Positions 62,481 through 64,000 of a stretch of 64,000 nt of DNA are shown here, in pieces (position 1 is the first letter of the stretch; each line of letters starts with the position of its first letter). The notes beneath the pieces are model-generated. The model saw nothing but the letters and a program-made list of their open reading frames with translations. It was not told where the DNA came from and made no database searches. This DNA comes from Candidatus Sericytochromatia bacterium (GTDB lineage Bacteria > Cyanobacteriota > Sericytochromatia > S15B-MN24 > JAQBPE01). Location of the stretch: contig JAYKHR010000155.1 in assembly GCA_035285125.1 (NCBI GenBank), positions 1-64,000 of the forward strand, in the 5' to 3' direction. The position numbers and the translations under genes are program-made.

Positions 62481-63899
62481 TTGAACACCCCTCGCTTGCT
62501 CGTCGGCGCCCTCGTCGCCCCCTTCACGGCCGCGGCCCTGGCGGGCTGCCCGATGCAGCCCGTCATCTTCCAGATCAACCTGGAGAACCCCAACCTGCGC
62601 GTCGGCGAGAAGACGATGCTGCGGCTCGAGGCGCAGGTTGGCTGGTTCCGCCAGCCGTTTTTCTACTACCGGGCTGAGCGCGGCCGGCTGTCGAGCCTCT
62701 CGGGCGAGACGGCGCCGCAAGGCGGCTTCTTGCGGGCCACGAACCAGGTCTGGTACCACGCGCCCTACACCGCCAGCTTCCCGTCGGCCGAGGGCCTGCG
62801 GCAGAACGACACGATCGAGATCATCGCCCAGGACGGCCCCTTCACCACGAGGACCTCGCGCAGCGTCACCATCACGGGCTCGACGGTGGTCTTCGCGAGC
62901 AGCGAGGGCGGCCCCAACGGCACCATCATGACGGCGATCGACTCGGGTGGTGGCCAGATGCAAAGCCAGCCTCAGCCGCTCACGGACCTGACGCAGAAGC
63001 CCCTCAAGGGGGCCTCCCCCGTCATCAGCCCGAACGGCGAGCGCATCGCCTTCGTGGTCTACCCGGGCGACGGCACCAGCAAAATCGCGATGCGCGACGC
63101 GGCCGGGCAGGTGCTGTACCTGACCAACTTCCAGCGCGGCCTCGCCCTTGACCCCGCCTGGAGCCCGGACGGGAACTTCATGCTGTTCGCGAGCAACCAC
63201 GCCGACGACTCTGCGGGCACCTTCGACATCTACATGATGAATGTCGACCAGAACGGGGGCGGCGGGCGGGCCATCACGCGGCTGACGACCAACACCTGGG
63301 ACGAGCGGCACCCGGCTTGGAACCCGGTCCCGACGGCGTCCGAAGACCGCATCATCGCGGTCGCAGCGCGCCGCAACAACGTGAACACGCCTGGGGACCG
63401 CACGCAAAACTGGAACATCTTCCTGATGAACCGGCAGGGCCTCTACACCCGGTCCGTCAGCGACATGCAGGGCGATGGCAGCAACTGGGCCATCGAGCCC
63501 ACGTGGCACCCGAACGGCCAGCTGCTGGCCTACACGCGGTTCGGGCCCGTCGTGAACTACCAGTCGAGCGCCAACAAGTTCCAGCGCATCTTTGTGCAGG
63601 ACCTGACGCAAAGCCCGGCAGTCATCCCGCTGAACATCTCCAACACGGACCCCAACGGCCGCGAGAGCTCGCCCGTGTGGTCGACGGACCGGCTGAACAC
63701 CTTGTACTTCCTGCGCACGGAGGCGAACGCCCCGAACATCTCGCGCGTGTACCAGACGCAGTACCTGCCGGGCAACGTGGGCGGCAACTCCTTCCCGCCA
63801 CAGCTCGTGGCCCCGTTCCAGAGCCTGGGCCTGCCGCTGACGATCGTCGGTGGCACGAACCGGGACATCTCTGGCTATCACCCCATCGACTGGCGCTGA
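62481..63899 (+). CDS. Lipoprotein with Ig-like domain and TolB-like (PD40) beta-propeller
   Basis: TTG start, lipobox LAGC; PVISPNGERIAF, PAWSPDGNFMLF, PTWHPNGQLLAY, PVWS. Confidence 0.82.
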   Translation: MNTPRLLVGALVAPFTAAALAGCPMQPVIFQINLENPNLRVGEKTMLRLEAQVGWFRQPFFYYRAERGRLSSLSGETAPQGGFLRATNQVWYHAPYTASFPSAEGLRQNDTIEIIAQDGPFTTRTSRSVTITGSTVVFASSEGGPNGTIMTAIDSGGGQMQSQPQPLTDLTQKPLKGASPVISPNGERIAFVVYPGDGTSKIAMRDAAGQVLYLTNFQRGLALDPAWSPDGNFMLFASNHADDSAGTFDIYMMNVDQNGGGGRAITRLTTNTWDERHPAWNPVPTASEDRIIAVAARRNNVNTPGDRTQNWNIFLMNRQGLYTRSVSDMQGDGSNWAIEPTWHPNGQLLAYTRFGPVVNYQSSANKFQRIFVQDLTQSPAVIPLNISNTDPNGRESSPVWSTDRLNTLYFLRTEANAPNISRVYQTQYLPGNVGGNSFPPQLVAPFQSLGLPLTIVGGTNRDISGYHPIDWR

Positions 63900-63923
63900 A
63901 CGCCGCCCTGGAAAGGACCCCGC

Positions 63924-64000
63924 GTGCTCCGTCACCTCGCCCAGACGTGTCTGGCCGCCGCCCTGATCGTGGCAGGGCCCGTCACCCTCCCGGCCCAAGC
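63924..64000 (+). CDS. Start of a secreted protein (partial)
   Basis: AAAGGA RBS, GTG, MLRHLAQTCLAAALIVAGPVTLPAQ.. signal peptide running off the window. Confidence 0.55.
   Translation, partial: MLRHLAQTCLAAALIVAGPVTLPAQ

Overview
High-GC (roughly 70%) bacterial chromosomal segment, densely coding, with about 50 supportable CDSs. I found no rRNA, tRNA, CRISPR array, transposase or phage genes. Recognisable blocks: (1) a Suf Fe-S operon (3' end of sufB, sufC, sufD, sufS, sufU, Nfu-type scaffold, FAD oxidoreductase); (2) a minus-strand block ending in a CHASE4-HAMP-PAS-PP2C (RsbU-like) phosphatase; (3) SDR-dctA, an ankyrin/M14 amidase fusion and a kinase-STAND-TPR protein; (4) YceI, C39-like peptidase, membrane spermidine-synthase-like protein, NCS1, nfeD-flotillin, a deacetylase-LysM-glycoside hydrolase lipoprotein and an SPFH protein with two ribosomal L7/L12 C-terminal domains; (5) glmM-xdhC-mocA preceded by an uncharacterised ACAD-fold / PhnD-fold / TusA-ferritin trio; (6) a cluster of Pro/Thr-linker lipoproteins around tldD/pmbA; (7) metG-tatD, a SPOR protein, murI and a TolB-like lipoprotein. 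Best novelty leads: an in-frame UGA at 46692 followed by a SECIS-like hairpin inside a lipoprotein gene (possible new selenoprotein or readthrough, but a nonsense mutation is not excluded), the SPFH-(L12 CTD)x2 fusion, the atypical ACAD/PhnD/TusA-diiron operon, a metallothionein-like Cys/His-repeat exported protein, and a recurring GGGTA(T/A) element upstream of lipoprotein genes. The lipoprotein style is reminiscent of non-photosynthetic cyanobacterial relatives (e.g. Ca. Sericytochromatia); that is an impression, not a result. All calls come from reading motifs by eye; no searches were run.
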